A DNA stretch of 63,067 bases, the filler included, from Octopus bimaculoides (lineage: Eukaryota): the NCBI RefSeq assembly GCF_001194135.2. It is 5 parts of 5 records of this genome, joined end to end, with 100 filler letters (N's around TTAATTAATTAA, not from the genome) between each part and the next. Parts side by side here need not be neighbours in the genome. Positions count along the whole stretch, not along the records: positions 39,566 to 57,732 come from NC_068984.1; 4 more parts are not named here. One strand, written 5' to 3'. The position numbers and the translations under genes are program-made. Each line of letters opens with the position of its first letter. Within the stretch, counting starts at the first letter, position 1. This document shows, in pieces, positions 40,110 to 52,448 of the stretch. A model generated the notes under the pieces. The model was not told the origin of the DNA. It ran no database searches and was given only the letters and a program-made list of their open reading frames with translations.

Positions 40110-40421
40110 GGCACGTGGCTTAGTGGCTAGAGCATTCCTCTCACGATCATAAGGGCGTGAGTTCAATTCCGGGCGACGCGCTGCGTCCTTGAGCTAGACT
40201 TTTTATTTCACGTTACTCCAGTCCACTCAGCTGACAAAAATGAGTGGTACCTGTATTTCAAAGGATCAGCCTTGTCACACTCTGTGTCACGCTGAATCTC
40301 CATGAGTTAAGGGTACACATGTCTGTGGAGTGCTCAGCCACTTGCACGTTGATTTCACGAGCAAGCTGTTCCGTTGATCGTATCAGCTGGGACCCTCGTC
40401 GTCGTAACCGACGGAGTGCTC
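40110..40421 (+). mobile_element. SINE family C, full length
   Basis: A box TGGCTTAGTGG, B box GAGTTCAATTCC, core GCGTCCTTGAGCTAGACTTTT. Confidence 0.8.
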
Positions 40422-40869
40422 CTATATATATATATATATGCACATTATAGCCTCAGGCCTTGTGAGTGGATTTCGTACAGGGAAACTGAAAGAAGGCTGT
40501 CGTATATATGTGCATATTTGTGTGTTTGTGTGTGCGTGTGTGTGTGTGTCCATGTTTTGTTCCTCCAGCATTGTTTGACAACCGATGTTGCTGTGTTTAC
40601 GTTCCCATAACTGATAGAATACTTATTCTATCAGTTATGGTTTTTTTGTATGATTGTGTATAGAGGAATATATTATTTTGTTTAAAAGAGTTCCAACACT
40701 GTCTGTTTTTTATGTTTTATTTATATTCCTGCAGAACCAATGTGGGGTATAGAATATGGAATATACAATATTAGGCTTACAAAGAATAAATCCCGTGGTC
40801 GATTTGTTCGACCAATGGCGGTGCTCCAGCATGGCCGCATTCACATGACTGAAACAAGTAAAACAAAAA

Positions 40870-40917
40870 AAAAACTATGCCATTTTAAGCCCGAGCAATG
40901 CCGGATATACTTGCTAG
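40870..40917 (+). mobile_element. Helitron 3' terminus
   Basis: Hairpin CCG-AGCAATGC-CGG about 10 nt upstream of CTAG|T at 40914-17. Confidence 0.5.
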
Positions 40918-41690
40918 TATGTGTGTGTGTGTGTGTGTGTGTGTNNNNNNNNNNNNNNNNNNNNNNNNNNNNNNNNNNNNNNNNNATATATATATATATA
41001 TATATATAGCCCCTAAATGAAGTGGCGAGATATTGATTATTGGTATCACTAGAGATGGCAAGAAACTGCCTCTGTATCTCAGTTCTGTGTAATCTTATGT
41101 GTCTCATTAAATATGGGACAAAATCGAAGACATTATCCATTATGTACACGAAATTTACATAATTCATAAGATAATTGAGTGATGAATATTTTAAATTATT
41201 ACTGAATGACAGACTGGTAGACAGACAGATGGATGCGCGCGCGCACACAGACACACACAGACACACACACACGCATGCACATACAAATTATACTGATATG
41301 TCTATTTTCGAATTCACGGCTCACTGGAGCAGCTACTGTAATTCGCTTACTATGATTTATATATTCATGTCCAGTGACATGCACTTTGTCTTTGTCTGAA
41401 ATGAAAATTGCAGAAGAGTATATTCATATTAATGAAATTCTGATTACTGTCGACATACTGTTGCAGAATAATATAATAGATAATTTATGTCTATTTTTGT
41501 TCCATAGTTAAGATGTTTTACTTGATGACATAAAGATAACGATCATAGATAACAACTCTTGTGGTAGGAAAGGTGACTAGCGTATAACAAAGAATATAAT
41601 AGTCAAAGATATTCTCTTCTGAGACGGAGTTTTCAGCACTGCCTTAATGTAAACTTAGTACTATTTCATGAATCAAACACTTCACAAGCA

Positions 41691-41905
41691 TAGAGATAGC
41701 AGTAGTTAGCTCCACTGAGGATGGGCAAAAATAACCTGAAACCGACCGGTCTGGTGGGCCTGTCTAGTCGCTAGAAGATGGTAGGGGTTCGGTCCCTTGC
41801 TTGCAATATATATCGGGTGCAGATTGTATCGATAACCTCTTGGGGTTAAAAAATGGTAACAATGTTGGTTCGTACGGAACAGCCATGTAACAGTGGCGAC
41901 AAACA
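41691..41905 (+). mobile_element. Hammerhead-bearing short repeat, copy 2
   Basis: Homologous to 27102-27335. Confidence 0.75.
41712..41754 (+). ncRNA. Minimal type I hammerhead ribozyme
   Basis: cca-CTGAGGA-t-ggg(caaaaataa)cct-GAAA-ccgaccgg-TC-tgg: helix II 3 bp, helix III near-palindromic ACCGACCGGT, GUC site at 41749-51; helix I short but possibly extendable. Confidence 0.6.
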
Positions 41906-42583
41906 TTACTTCTCAGTATAGTTATTATTTTCATCTCTTATAGAGATTTTCTAACTGGCTACTTTGCTTGTCACTGGTATAAAGTTATCTGAATAAGGAT
42001 CGGCAATCGGAAAACTTCATACCGATAGCTTGCTGGAAAACCCGAGATATTGTATATGGGCCTTCTTATCGATTCCACCTTTATTACAGTGCTGGGTATT
42101 GGTGTAGATTGTGTGTGTTTGTGTGTGTGTTTATGCATGTAGATATGTGTGTGTGTATCCTAGCTGTAAGGCCTTATTTCCATATACGCCAGCTTAATTT
42201 TATTCGTCCTTAGTCGAAAGACATCTGTTGGTTTGTCCTGTTATTATTCCTACTGTATTTGTAGTACTGTATTTGTGTAACATTGTTCGTTTTTTCCGTC
42301 CTTGTTTTTGTATACATTCGCTGCTTTCTTCCAAGGAATCTAATGCACTTAGCTTAGTTTTTCCTTGGGGCTGGCCAGATTGGAGCAATATCGAGAATAA
42401 CCAGCCGAAATTGCAAAGATAATCTGGATCTCGACTGAAGAGAGAAAACTCCGAATGACCTGTCCGTGTTTTCTTTGTATCATCTCTCTGGATGTTTTGT
42501 CCCTTTCTTGTATCACCTCACTGTCTTGATGTTTTGCGTTCTTGTCCCATTTTGTATTATATATATATATATATATATATATA

Positions 42584-43610
42584 CTAGCAGTTATACCCGT
42601 CATTGATCAGGTAATTACTTTTTCTGTTTCTCGGGAGCCACATTCAAAGTATTATTATACATATAATTTATCCTCCTGTATGTGTGTATTTTCATAAGAG
42701 AAAAATATGTAATAATTGAAGACGAAAAAAGATGAATTTCATGCATGAACCTCCTGTATGTGTGTATTTCATAAGAGAAACATGTAATTATTGAAGTAGA
42801 AATAAGATGGGTTTCATACACAAACTTCTGTTTGTTTATTATATGACAATAAAAAATGAGTTGTATGTGTTATTTCATTTATCAATACAGTAATGACAAT
42901 TATATAATGCAGTTCATTTAAATAGGTAATTTAGTCATTCTTGAATGCAATGATAGTAATGGAAAATTAAGTTATTGAAGTATTCATGTTGCATTAAGAG
43001 TGAATATTTCTCTATACACAATGTTTTTTTGTTTTATTTCGGGGTGCATAAGCAAAAAGATTTTCTTTTGCTCCGACATAAAGTTGCCCATGTGAAGAGT
43101 ATTTAAGTTGCAACCCAGCAGATTTTAATGTTTGGCCCTGACTTTTATTAATACTCATGGCAAAATAAACTCGGATAGGAAACTGTAACCGCTTAAATCG
43201 GAATGAGAGATTAGATGGTATAACTGGTATGCGAGGAATGAAGACGGTCTCACCATTACCATACCCACTGAGAATATTTGCCTCTATACATTTCCTTATA
43301 AGTTTGTGCACAATTAGTGTTGTACCATTGTATAGTTTTTATTGAGACCAATTATGCAGCTCCCACGCGTGATACTCCACTGTAGCGGTTTAAATTGGAT
43401 AGTATAACCGGTATGCGAGGAATGAAGACGGTCTCACCTTTACCACAACTAATGAGAATATTTGCTTCAATGCAGTTCCTCATAAGTTTGTGCATAATTA
43501 GTGTTGTACCATTGCATAATTTTTGTTGTGACAAATTAGGCCATAGCATAATAGCTTCACCTAAACCAGGTACTTTCATTTTCCCGGAGAAAGAAAGAGG
43601 AAGAATTTCG
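42584..43610 (-). mobile_element. Helitron 3' relic with tandemly duplicated PIF1-helicase segment
   Basis: KLCNGT, VFIPRIP, KRLQFPIRVYFAMSINKSQGQTL and SHGQLYV motifs; 3' hairpin TACCTG...CGGGTA then CTAG|T at 42587-84; about 78-bp subterminal duplication at 42672-42820. Confidence 0.9.
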
Positions 43611-44362
43611 ATTTTATATGTAGGGGAATTCACGAAAAAACAACAGACGAAGACAGGTGTATATATGTATATATAATAGATACATAGATACATAGATATA
43701 GAAGATAGACGATATATATATNNNNNNNNNNNNNNNNNNNNNNNNNNNNNNNNNNNNNNNNNNNNNNNNNNNNNNNNNNNNNNNNNNNNNNNNNNNNNNN
43801 NNNNNNNNNNNNNNNNNNNNNNNNNNNNNNNNNNNNNNNNNNNNNNNNNNNNNNNNNNNNNNNNNNNNNNNNNNNNTATATATATATATATATATATGAA
43901 AATAATATACATACACACATACACACAGGAATGGTTACCCCAAGAAAGAAAGAGAGAGGAATACTTCAGTGCCTGTCCTCGTGCATACGTTCGACTTTCT
44001 GAACTAGTCACTATAGGTACTCAATGATATAGACCTTCAAACTCGGAAGCTGCTCATTGTTACGGGAAACTTCAGCATCAATGGAGATGTAGACAAGCTA
44101 TACTTTCCACGCAAGTCTGAAGGAGTTTGCAATTCCAGTACCGAAGATACATTTTTAACTTCATAAATAAACAGGAGCAACAGGATACATACCAACCCGT
44201 CTGGAAAAAGGTATGGCTGAACTTGGGATCTTGAGGACTGAACACAAATCCCTTAATTCATACGCTACAAATGATCACGATATCTGGAACTATGAAAATT
44301 TGCAAGACCTTTTTAAGATGATGGTTAAAACGAGATTCATTCCTTCACAACCTTGCTACCAA

Positions 44363-44768
44363 GGCGTAGGAGTGGCTGTGTGGTAAGCAGCGTGCTTACG
44401 AACCACATGGTTCCGGGTTCAGTCCCACTGCGTGGCACCTTGGGCAAGTGTCTTCTACTATAGCCTCGGGCCGACCAAAGCTTTGTGAGTGGATTTGGTA
44501 GACGGAAACTGAAAGAAGCCCGTCGTATATATGTATATATATATATATGTATGTGCATCTGTATGCTTGTGTGTCTGTGTTTGTCCCCCCAACATCGATT
44601 GACAACCGATGCTGGTGTGTTTACGTCCCCGTAACTTAGCGGTTCGGTAAAACAGACCGATAGAATAAGTACTAAGCTTACAAAGAATAAGTCCTGGGGT
44701 CGATTTGCTCGACTAAAGGCGGTGCTCCAGCATGGCCGCAGTCAAATGACTGAAACAAGTAAAAGAGT
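44363..44768 (+). mobile_element. SINE family A, full length, young (CpGs intact)
   Basis: Near identical to the reverse complement of 55169-55588. Confidence 0.92.
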
Positions 44769-45422
44769 ATACATACACACACCTACGCAAATACATACAT
44801 ACATACATACATACATACATACATACATACATACATACGTACTTATAGTGAGTGGGTCTGAATGTGTGTTGTATGTTTATGTGTGTCTCTGTCACATACA
44901 TCGTGACAACCGGTGTTTGGTGCTTTGTTGTGTTCCCGTAAGCTAGCGGTTCGATAAAGAGATCGAGAACATATGTACTCTGACTTAAAACATGTACTGG
45001 GTTGATTTCATACCTAAACCCTTAAAGGCAGTGTCCCCACCATGACCGCAGTCGAATAACTGACACAAGTAAGAGTATGTGTGTGTATAATGAGAGAGAG
45101 AGAGACAGAGACAGAGAAAGACAGAGAGACAAAAAGACAGAGAGACAAATAGGCTGACAGACAGAGAGATAGACAAATAGACAAACAGATTGACAGAAAG
45201 GAGAGAATGAAAGAGAAAGAGGGAGACAGAAAGGCTTGCAGACATGTGTCACCGAACCCGTTTCTGTTTACAATTCGCCAAAGTAATCAATTAGCAGGGA
45301 ACCGAAGGAGTGAAAGCGCGTGTTGCCACGAAAGTAGATCGAACACCGAACCACGTGGTACGACGCAAATCTCCTAACACACTGTTATAGTTTTATGTAC
45401 ATGAGAAATTATATATATATAA

Positions 45423-45485
<63 letters not shown>

Positions 45486-45576
45486 CATATATACACATTT
45501 AAATGTAAATAAACGACCAATTAAAAAGAATACACGTGGAACAAGGCTTCACAAAAACGGTATTAGCTTAATAGAA

Positions 45577-45607
45577 AGAATAAGTGACAACGTTTCGGAC
45601 GTTAGTC

Positions 45608-45608
<1 letters not shown>
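45577..45608 (-). ncRNA. Partial hammerhead (3' half) of Penelope type
   Basis: ggac-taac-gtcc-GAAA-cgttg-TC; CUGANGA replaced by a (TAGA)n microsatellite. Confidence 0.4.
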
Positions 45609-45639
<31 letters not shown>

Positions 45640-45915
45640 GTGTATACACGTTGTATAGACATCTACGTGTGTATGTGCGTGTGTGTGTGTGTAAGTGTGT
45701 CTGTGTGCGTGAATGTAGCAATATTGTGCGTGTGCGTACATGTGTGCGCGTGTATTAGTATATATATATATGAATGTGTATTTATGAGATACAATTTCAG
45801 TGACTTTTTACTAACACCCAATGAAATTCGCCGCCATGAGCTTTGAGCTTTGTTTCTTTTGCTTTGCCTTCCCTCTTATGCCTTTCCCACCACATTTATA
45901 TACGCAAACCTATAA

Positions 45916-45958
<43 letters not shown>

Positions 45959-46191
45959 AAGCATGTTAATGTGTGAGGTGGAAAGAGACCAAGAAGCAAT
46001 GTGTGTAGGTCAGTCAGCATTATAAAGTTAGTCAGCCTGCTACACCAGGCCAATCTGTTGTAAGAGGCGCGACATTTCACTGTACTCACACATGACATAC
46101 TAAACTGACTGACTTAGCAGCCGGTATAACTGAACGAAGGATATACATACGCATACAGACAGAGAGCGAGGTTAGTTGATAGAAGAAAAAC

Positions 46192-46273
46192 ATGGAACGT
46201 AACGATTCCACGTGTCCCGTCCGGGACAGTGGAGTTAATAGAGAAATTCCAGATAAAGATATTGACAACATCG
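46192..46273 (+). CDS. Candidate first coding exon MERNDSTCPVRDSGVNREIPDKDIDNI, product unknown
   Basis: AACATGG start context, open frame to a consensus phase-1 donor G|GTAAGT, unique non-repeat sequence, TATAAAG at 46021 and CCAAT near 46050; no downstream exon confirmed. Confidence 0.4.
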
Positions 46274-46450
46274 GTAAGTTTTTATATAATTGTAATTTCC
46301 AACAAATTATCCATTTTTTTTCTTTGGTCATAACTTTGTTCATTCAACTTTTCCTCATTCATTAAAATAAAAGAATGTGCGTAGCGCCTATTATCATCAT
46401 CTATAACTTCTGTACCTCTCCCTCAGTAAATGCAGACGTGTTATAATATA

Positions 46451-46481
<31 letters not shown>

Positions 46482-46922
46482 TGGCCTTAATTTGTATGTA
46501 TGAATTTATGTGCCTTTTGACGTCAGCATGCTGTAGGTTTAATGTTCGCGTGGGTTTCTTTCATCCGAACACGTAAAGCGCTAATGTTTAGAAAGTATAT
46601 ATGAAATTTCTAAATTCAAAATGCCCCCCAACCCCACAAAAAATGAAAAAGAGAGAAAATTAACAATACAGCTGTTAAAATATTAGGTAAATTCTTACCA
46701 ACTCACCCCCATGCCTTTTTTATTTTAAATCTTTGTGTCAAGAGAGTTGAAACATTCATACAGATGTTAGTTGTTTTTTTTTCCGTTCTTTTTTCTCCCC
46801 CCTCCCCATAAAATTACCCTGAAAAATTTTCGATACTAAGTGTAGTTTTTTTTTTTAAACAAAGGCTCTTTTACACGTCGCTGTCGCTTCCAATACGTAC
46901 ATACATATATACATACATACAT

Positions 46923-46965
<43 letters not shown>

Positions 46966-48124
46966 CACATATATACATATACATATTTATACATTTACGT
47001 ATACATACACACATACATTCATATGAAAATGGATTGATGGATTAATGTGTATATGTATATATATGTATATATACATACATACATACTATATAACTATATA
47101 TTTATATAAATATATATGTCTCTCTTTCTCTCTGTCGCTGTGTGTCTGTCTCTGTCTCTCTCTCTCTGTCCACGCACACATATATGAAGTAAATGGATTA
47201 TCTGCCGGAATCGACGTTGAATAATCTTGTTGTTCTAGCATCGGAACTTTCTACTTATGGTTTTATTGTACAGATGACAGAAATCTCCACTGACACTTGT
47301 ACTAATCGCATCTGTTTCGAATTAGATCGCACAATTTATTAACTTAATCGTGCTCTTAACGTAATCTTCAGCAATCAGCCCAACCATTCTTCATGCTCTC
47401 ACGCAGTTTCCAGCTAGCATACTTCACTGACCACGCTCGGATTGGTCTGAGTCCATCGTGGAAGACTCTTGCCCACTACAACATTCCTTCGGTATTGGTA
47501 TGAAGAGTGTCGGTATGAGACGATGTCATTTCCCCCTCTGTTTTAACCTAACCTCTTTATCTATATCTGTGCGTGCGTGAGTGTCTGTATGTATCGAACC
47601 CAAGACTATGAGCTTTGTATTGTGTCACACATGTATTCATTAACATGTGGAGTTGGTGGTATACCTGCTGATCTGTATAGTTTATGGAATATTTTACGCT
47701 AAACTTTTCTATAACATGTTCGTTTTCTGTGGACTATATATGATACAAAATAGGATTTTGTTCAATCTTTAGAAAGTTTGATGGAATGAGACAAATGAAA
47801 AGAGTGACAGGTTCAATGTCCTGCAATTTCTTCTTTATGTTGTGAATTCAACACACCGAGTTGCTGTTTGCTTCACTCGTAGGAAGATCAAGAAAAATAC
47901 ATTTTGAGTCATACAATTAGTGTCGGTTTTATAGATATATTTGACTTTTCTCAAAATACAAAACTCCATTGTTTTACAACATTAATTATATATGCAAAAT
48001 TTAATATCCACATACCAATAATAATAAAAACAATGGGTTGACTAGGCACAGGGAAGTACATATATACATACACACATACACATACATACATACACACATA
48101 CATGCATACACACATACATACATA

Positions 48125-48248
48125 TACGAAGGTTGTATGAAAAGTCTTGAGCCTCAAAAAAACAAAACATGGTACAAGACTTCTGATGAAGGTAGTCTTC
48201 AAGGCTCAAAAGACTTGAAGACTGAAAACTTTTCATACACCCCTTATA
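48125..48248. mobile_element. 124-bp mariner-type MITE
   Basis: TIRs TACGAAGGTTGTATGAAAAGT / ACTTTTCATACACCCCTTATA (17/21), TA ends, inserted in TA-rich microsatellite. Confidence 0.75.
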
Positions 48249-48675
48249 TATATATATATATNNNNNNNNNNNNNNNNNNNNNNNNNNNNNNNNNNNNNNN
48301 NNNNNNNNNNNNNNNNNNNNNNNNNNNNNNNNNNNNNNNNNNNNNNNNNNNNNNNNNNNNNNNNNNNNNNNNNNNNNNNNNNNNNNNNNNNNNNNNNNNN
48401 NNNNNNNNNNNNNNNNNNNNNNNNNNNNNNNNNNNNNNNNNNNNNNNNNNNNNNNNNNNNNNNNNNNNNNNNNNNNNNNNNNNNNNNNNNNNNNNNNNNN
48501 NNNNNNNNNNNNNNNNNNNNNNNNNNNNNNNNNNNNNNNNNNNNNNNNNNNNNNNNNNNNNNNNNNNNNNNNNNNNNNNNNGCAGTGGATTGACCAATAC
48601 AAACACAAACACAAAGACATTCCCCGCCTCCACACTCACAGACACAGACTCACACACATACACATACATACACAC

Positions 48676-48724
<49 letters not shown>

Positions 48725-49835
48725 TGCACATACAGACAAACTTCCATATAACCCCCATCTACCAAATTCACCTCCGAGCAACCGGGTAGATTTTGGACCA
48801 TAGTTGAAGGCACTTGGCCAAGGCGCCGCGCAGTATGTCCGAACTCGAAACTGCGTTGTGGAGTGAACCATTCCAACACCTGTACATACAAAACTGATAT
48901 AGCAGACGTCTTCAAAATATGTGGATGACGCTAGCAATGTATATGTATGTGTGTGTGTGTGTGTAAATATATATAATTGGATGTGTATATGTACATATAT
49001 ACATACATATACATATATAAGTGTATCTCTCTCTCTCTCTCTCTCTCCTCCCCCTCACTCTCTATATACATTTATATAACTTAAGATGGGTTTCGGCCAG
49101 TATAAATAAGCCCAGACCCTGTCTAACTTTAATAGAACCACCTGGTGAAGTCTTTTAGTCATATAGTTTAAAACTATAGGGTGTGCAGGTTTAGTTACCA
49201 CTTAGAGGTAAAGTCTAACTGGGAGTTGAAGCCTTTGATAACTAAAATATTCTTCTTTACAAGCAAAACGTATGACTTCGACAAAGGCCTGAAATTGCAT
49301 GGTAGTTTCTCAGTTTACTTGTTTTACGCCTCTCGCTATGTTTTCTGTTTTACCCTTTTTTCAGTCCGATGCATTTTTATAAGTCTATTCTAAATAGCCA
49401 TCCTTGTTTTCATATTTTGAAATAGCCCTTGTTTCATACTTTTTGAGTAAATAAGCGCTTTACTTTCTTAAGTTATTCTGGTAATTGAAATAAATAAATA
49501 AATAAAAAAATAAGTAACTGTGTATCATACACGATGCGTGGACGCCAGGGAGATATGTTCTGTGTATCACATATGATAAGACAGAACGGGCAAAAAGTTA
49601 ATTGGCAGCTGAAACCCTGCATGCGATAAGAAGTGCGTATGAGTCTGTGGCTTTTATACATTTTCCAGGAGTACAGGTCGCTTAAGAGGTGTGAAATAGT
49701 TGCATTTCAGAAATGAAACCAAGATGCGGTATACTTTGAAGTTTTCTTAACTTTCCATTTATTTTTCTCCCCAGCTCTTTCTTTCTTTCTTTCTTTCTTT
49801 CTTTATTTCTTTCTTTCTTTCTTTCTATCTATCTG

Positions 49836-49892
<57 letters not shown>

Positions 49893-50400
49893 ACGTGTGC
49901 AGGAATAGGCAAACAAACACCTTATAACTAATAGTTGTAAACTTCCGGTGAGTCGTTACTTTGACTCCCTCTTGTAGTCGTTTCACTTAATGACGCTACA
50001 AACATTCTTAGGAAAGGTGTAAATGTCAAAACTTCTTTATTTCAATTTCCTTCGTTTATTTGTTTATTTCAGTTTATTTGTTTATTTCATTTGCAGTGTC
50101 TTTGTCACTCGCTCAGTCAGCTAGAAATAAAGTCCAGATAACTTTTAAGTCGCACTATCGTTTATTGAAATGATGTGATTGTGACGGTTGGAAAGTCTTT
50201 GGTATTGTAGGTCTATGCAATCCAGGCAGAGGCTTAACAACAACAAACAACATCCCAAATCAATTGAAATGTAACTGAGATGCAGCAGTCTAAAGGCAAT
50301 GGGCAGACTGGTCAGTTGCCGGGGCGGATGGGTGGTTGTTCTTACTAGTCTACGAGCCAATTCTGATCTATGAATGCTGTAGCTGCTGCCAATAAATATT

Positions 50401-50834
50401 CTTTTCTACTCTAGTTACAAGGCCCGAAATTTTGGGTGAGGCGGGGGCAGTCGATTAGATCGACTCCAGTACGCAACTGGTACTTAATTTATCGACCCTG
50501 AAAGGATGAAAGGCAAAGTTGACCGCGGCGAAATTTGAACTTAGAACGTAAAGACAGACGAAATACCGCTAAACATTTCGCCCGGCGTGCTAACGTTTCT
50601 TATTTCTTTATTGCCCAAAAGGGGCTAAACATAGACGGGACAAACAAGGACAGACAAAGGGATTAAGTCGATTATATCGACCCCAGTGCGTAACTGGTAC
50701 TTAATTTATCGACTCCGAAAGGATGAAAGGCAAAGTTGACCTCGGCGAAATTTGAACTCAGAACGTAACGGCAGACGAAATACCGCTAAGCGTTTCGCCC
50801 GGCGTGCTAACGTTTCTGCCAGCTCGCCGCCTTA
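50401..50834 (-). mobile_element. SINE family B head-to-tail dimer (tail A unit + tail B unit) with 10-bp TSD
   Basis: TSD AATAAATATT at 50391-50400 and 50835-50844; junction at 50598/50599. Confidence 0.85.
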
Positions 50835-51056
50835 AATAAATATTAAAGGGTCCAATTCACTGATAAGACGGCTTTGCTGGGAGTTGTTTGTAAAGAAGTA
50901 AACACTGAAGCTGTTGGATGTTATTAAGTCCCAACTCNNNNNNNNNNNNNNNNNNNNNNTTCTATTATAATATTATAACCCCGGACCAACCAATGCTTTG
51001 TAAGTGGATTTGGTAGACGGAAATTGCAGGGAAACCCGTCGAATACGCATACATAT

Positions 51057-51122
<66 letters not shown>

Positions 51123-52169
51123 TAATGATTTGTTGCATTGATTTGAATCAATTTCGATATCCGCACATCTGTGTGCATGTATTCATGTACTTGCACACAT
51201 CTGTATACACATACATATAGATATACATGTGCATTAAACTATATACCCATGCATATTGGGCTGCAGTTTCGCGATCTAATGTAAATTCCAGATTCAACAA
51301 AGGGAAAAGTTTCAAGTATAGTGTTTACATAAAAAAAAAAAATAACATGTGAAACAGGTGTAGTGAAACTTAACTTATGTTCTTTTATATATATGATAAA
51401 AGTCACTGTAATCACGTCTCGACCAGCCCATTTATTTTTGGTCGAAAATATTAAATAGAAACTATTTGATCTGTTTGTCTAATATTTATAGATCTGTTTA
51501 ATATTTATAAAACCCGTTTGTCTAATATTTATCATTTTAGACTGTAGTCGACAAAACAAAGTACTATTCAAGTACTGGGGTCAATGATATCCATTAACCC
51601 TATTCCTTCAAAATTACTGGCATTGTATCTAAATTAGAAACCACGAGAGAATGTAGTGTGTACGGTTTGCCTAGGACTTGGCTGCTATTTCTAGCATATC
51701 AAACAACCCCGTAGATTCTCTCTCTCTCTCTGAATGGTTGCCGCCTGATTTCTACTTTATTGTGACGTTGTTTATTTATTTTATGGATTAGGGTTAGAAT
51801 TAGAGCAAGGATGATTTATTAGTGCCGCCATAGCCGTAATAATTATACTGTACAAGCTGGCTTCGCTGGTACAAGAGAGTTAACACATGCTTTTGCCGTT
51901 TAATTCCTCTTCATCTCTGAACGGGCGCAACCATATGACTAAAAGGAGCCTTTTTGGTTAAGGCCCATCCCACCTTTTTTTCTTAGGCACATTGAAGCCA
52001 ACAACATCACATTATTCAACCCAAGATTGCAAGATCCCTTTCATAAAAAGCGCGATAAAAATTTTCATAAACGCAACAATTTGTGTTAAGAAGTAACCCG
52101 AAGAGGAAATTAAACTACTATTACTGCTACCACTACTTCTACTGCTGTTGCTGTTGCTGCTGCTGCTGT

Positions 52170-52256
<87 letters not shown>

Positions 52257-52392
52257 NNNNNNNNNNNNNNNNNNNNNNNNNNNNNNNNNNNNNNNNNNNN
52301 NNNNNNNNNNNNNNNNNNTACACTGAGAAGCGGTGCATGGTATTATTATTTTTGATTAAATGATTTCAGAAGACTTCATTATTAGAACTAAA

Positions 52393-52448
<56 letters not shown>

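Noticed and set aside
40110-40180. tRNA gene
   Set aside because: A/B boxes are present but continue into a SINE body with no cloverleaf; the same applies to the other SINE heads
42435-42464. CTGAAGA...CCGAAT...GTC hammerhead-like order
   Set aside because: A15.1 is replaced by U, helix II is mismatched and there is no helix I
48183-48234. CTGATGA-stem-GAAA-TTC inside the MITE
   Set aside because: No helix I and a 4-nt insert before helix II; best explained by the TIR sequence
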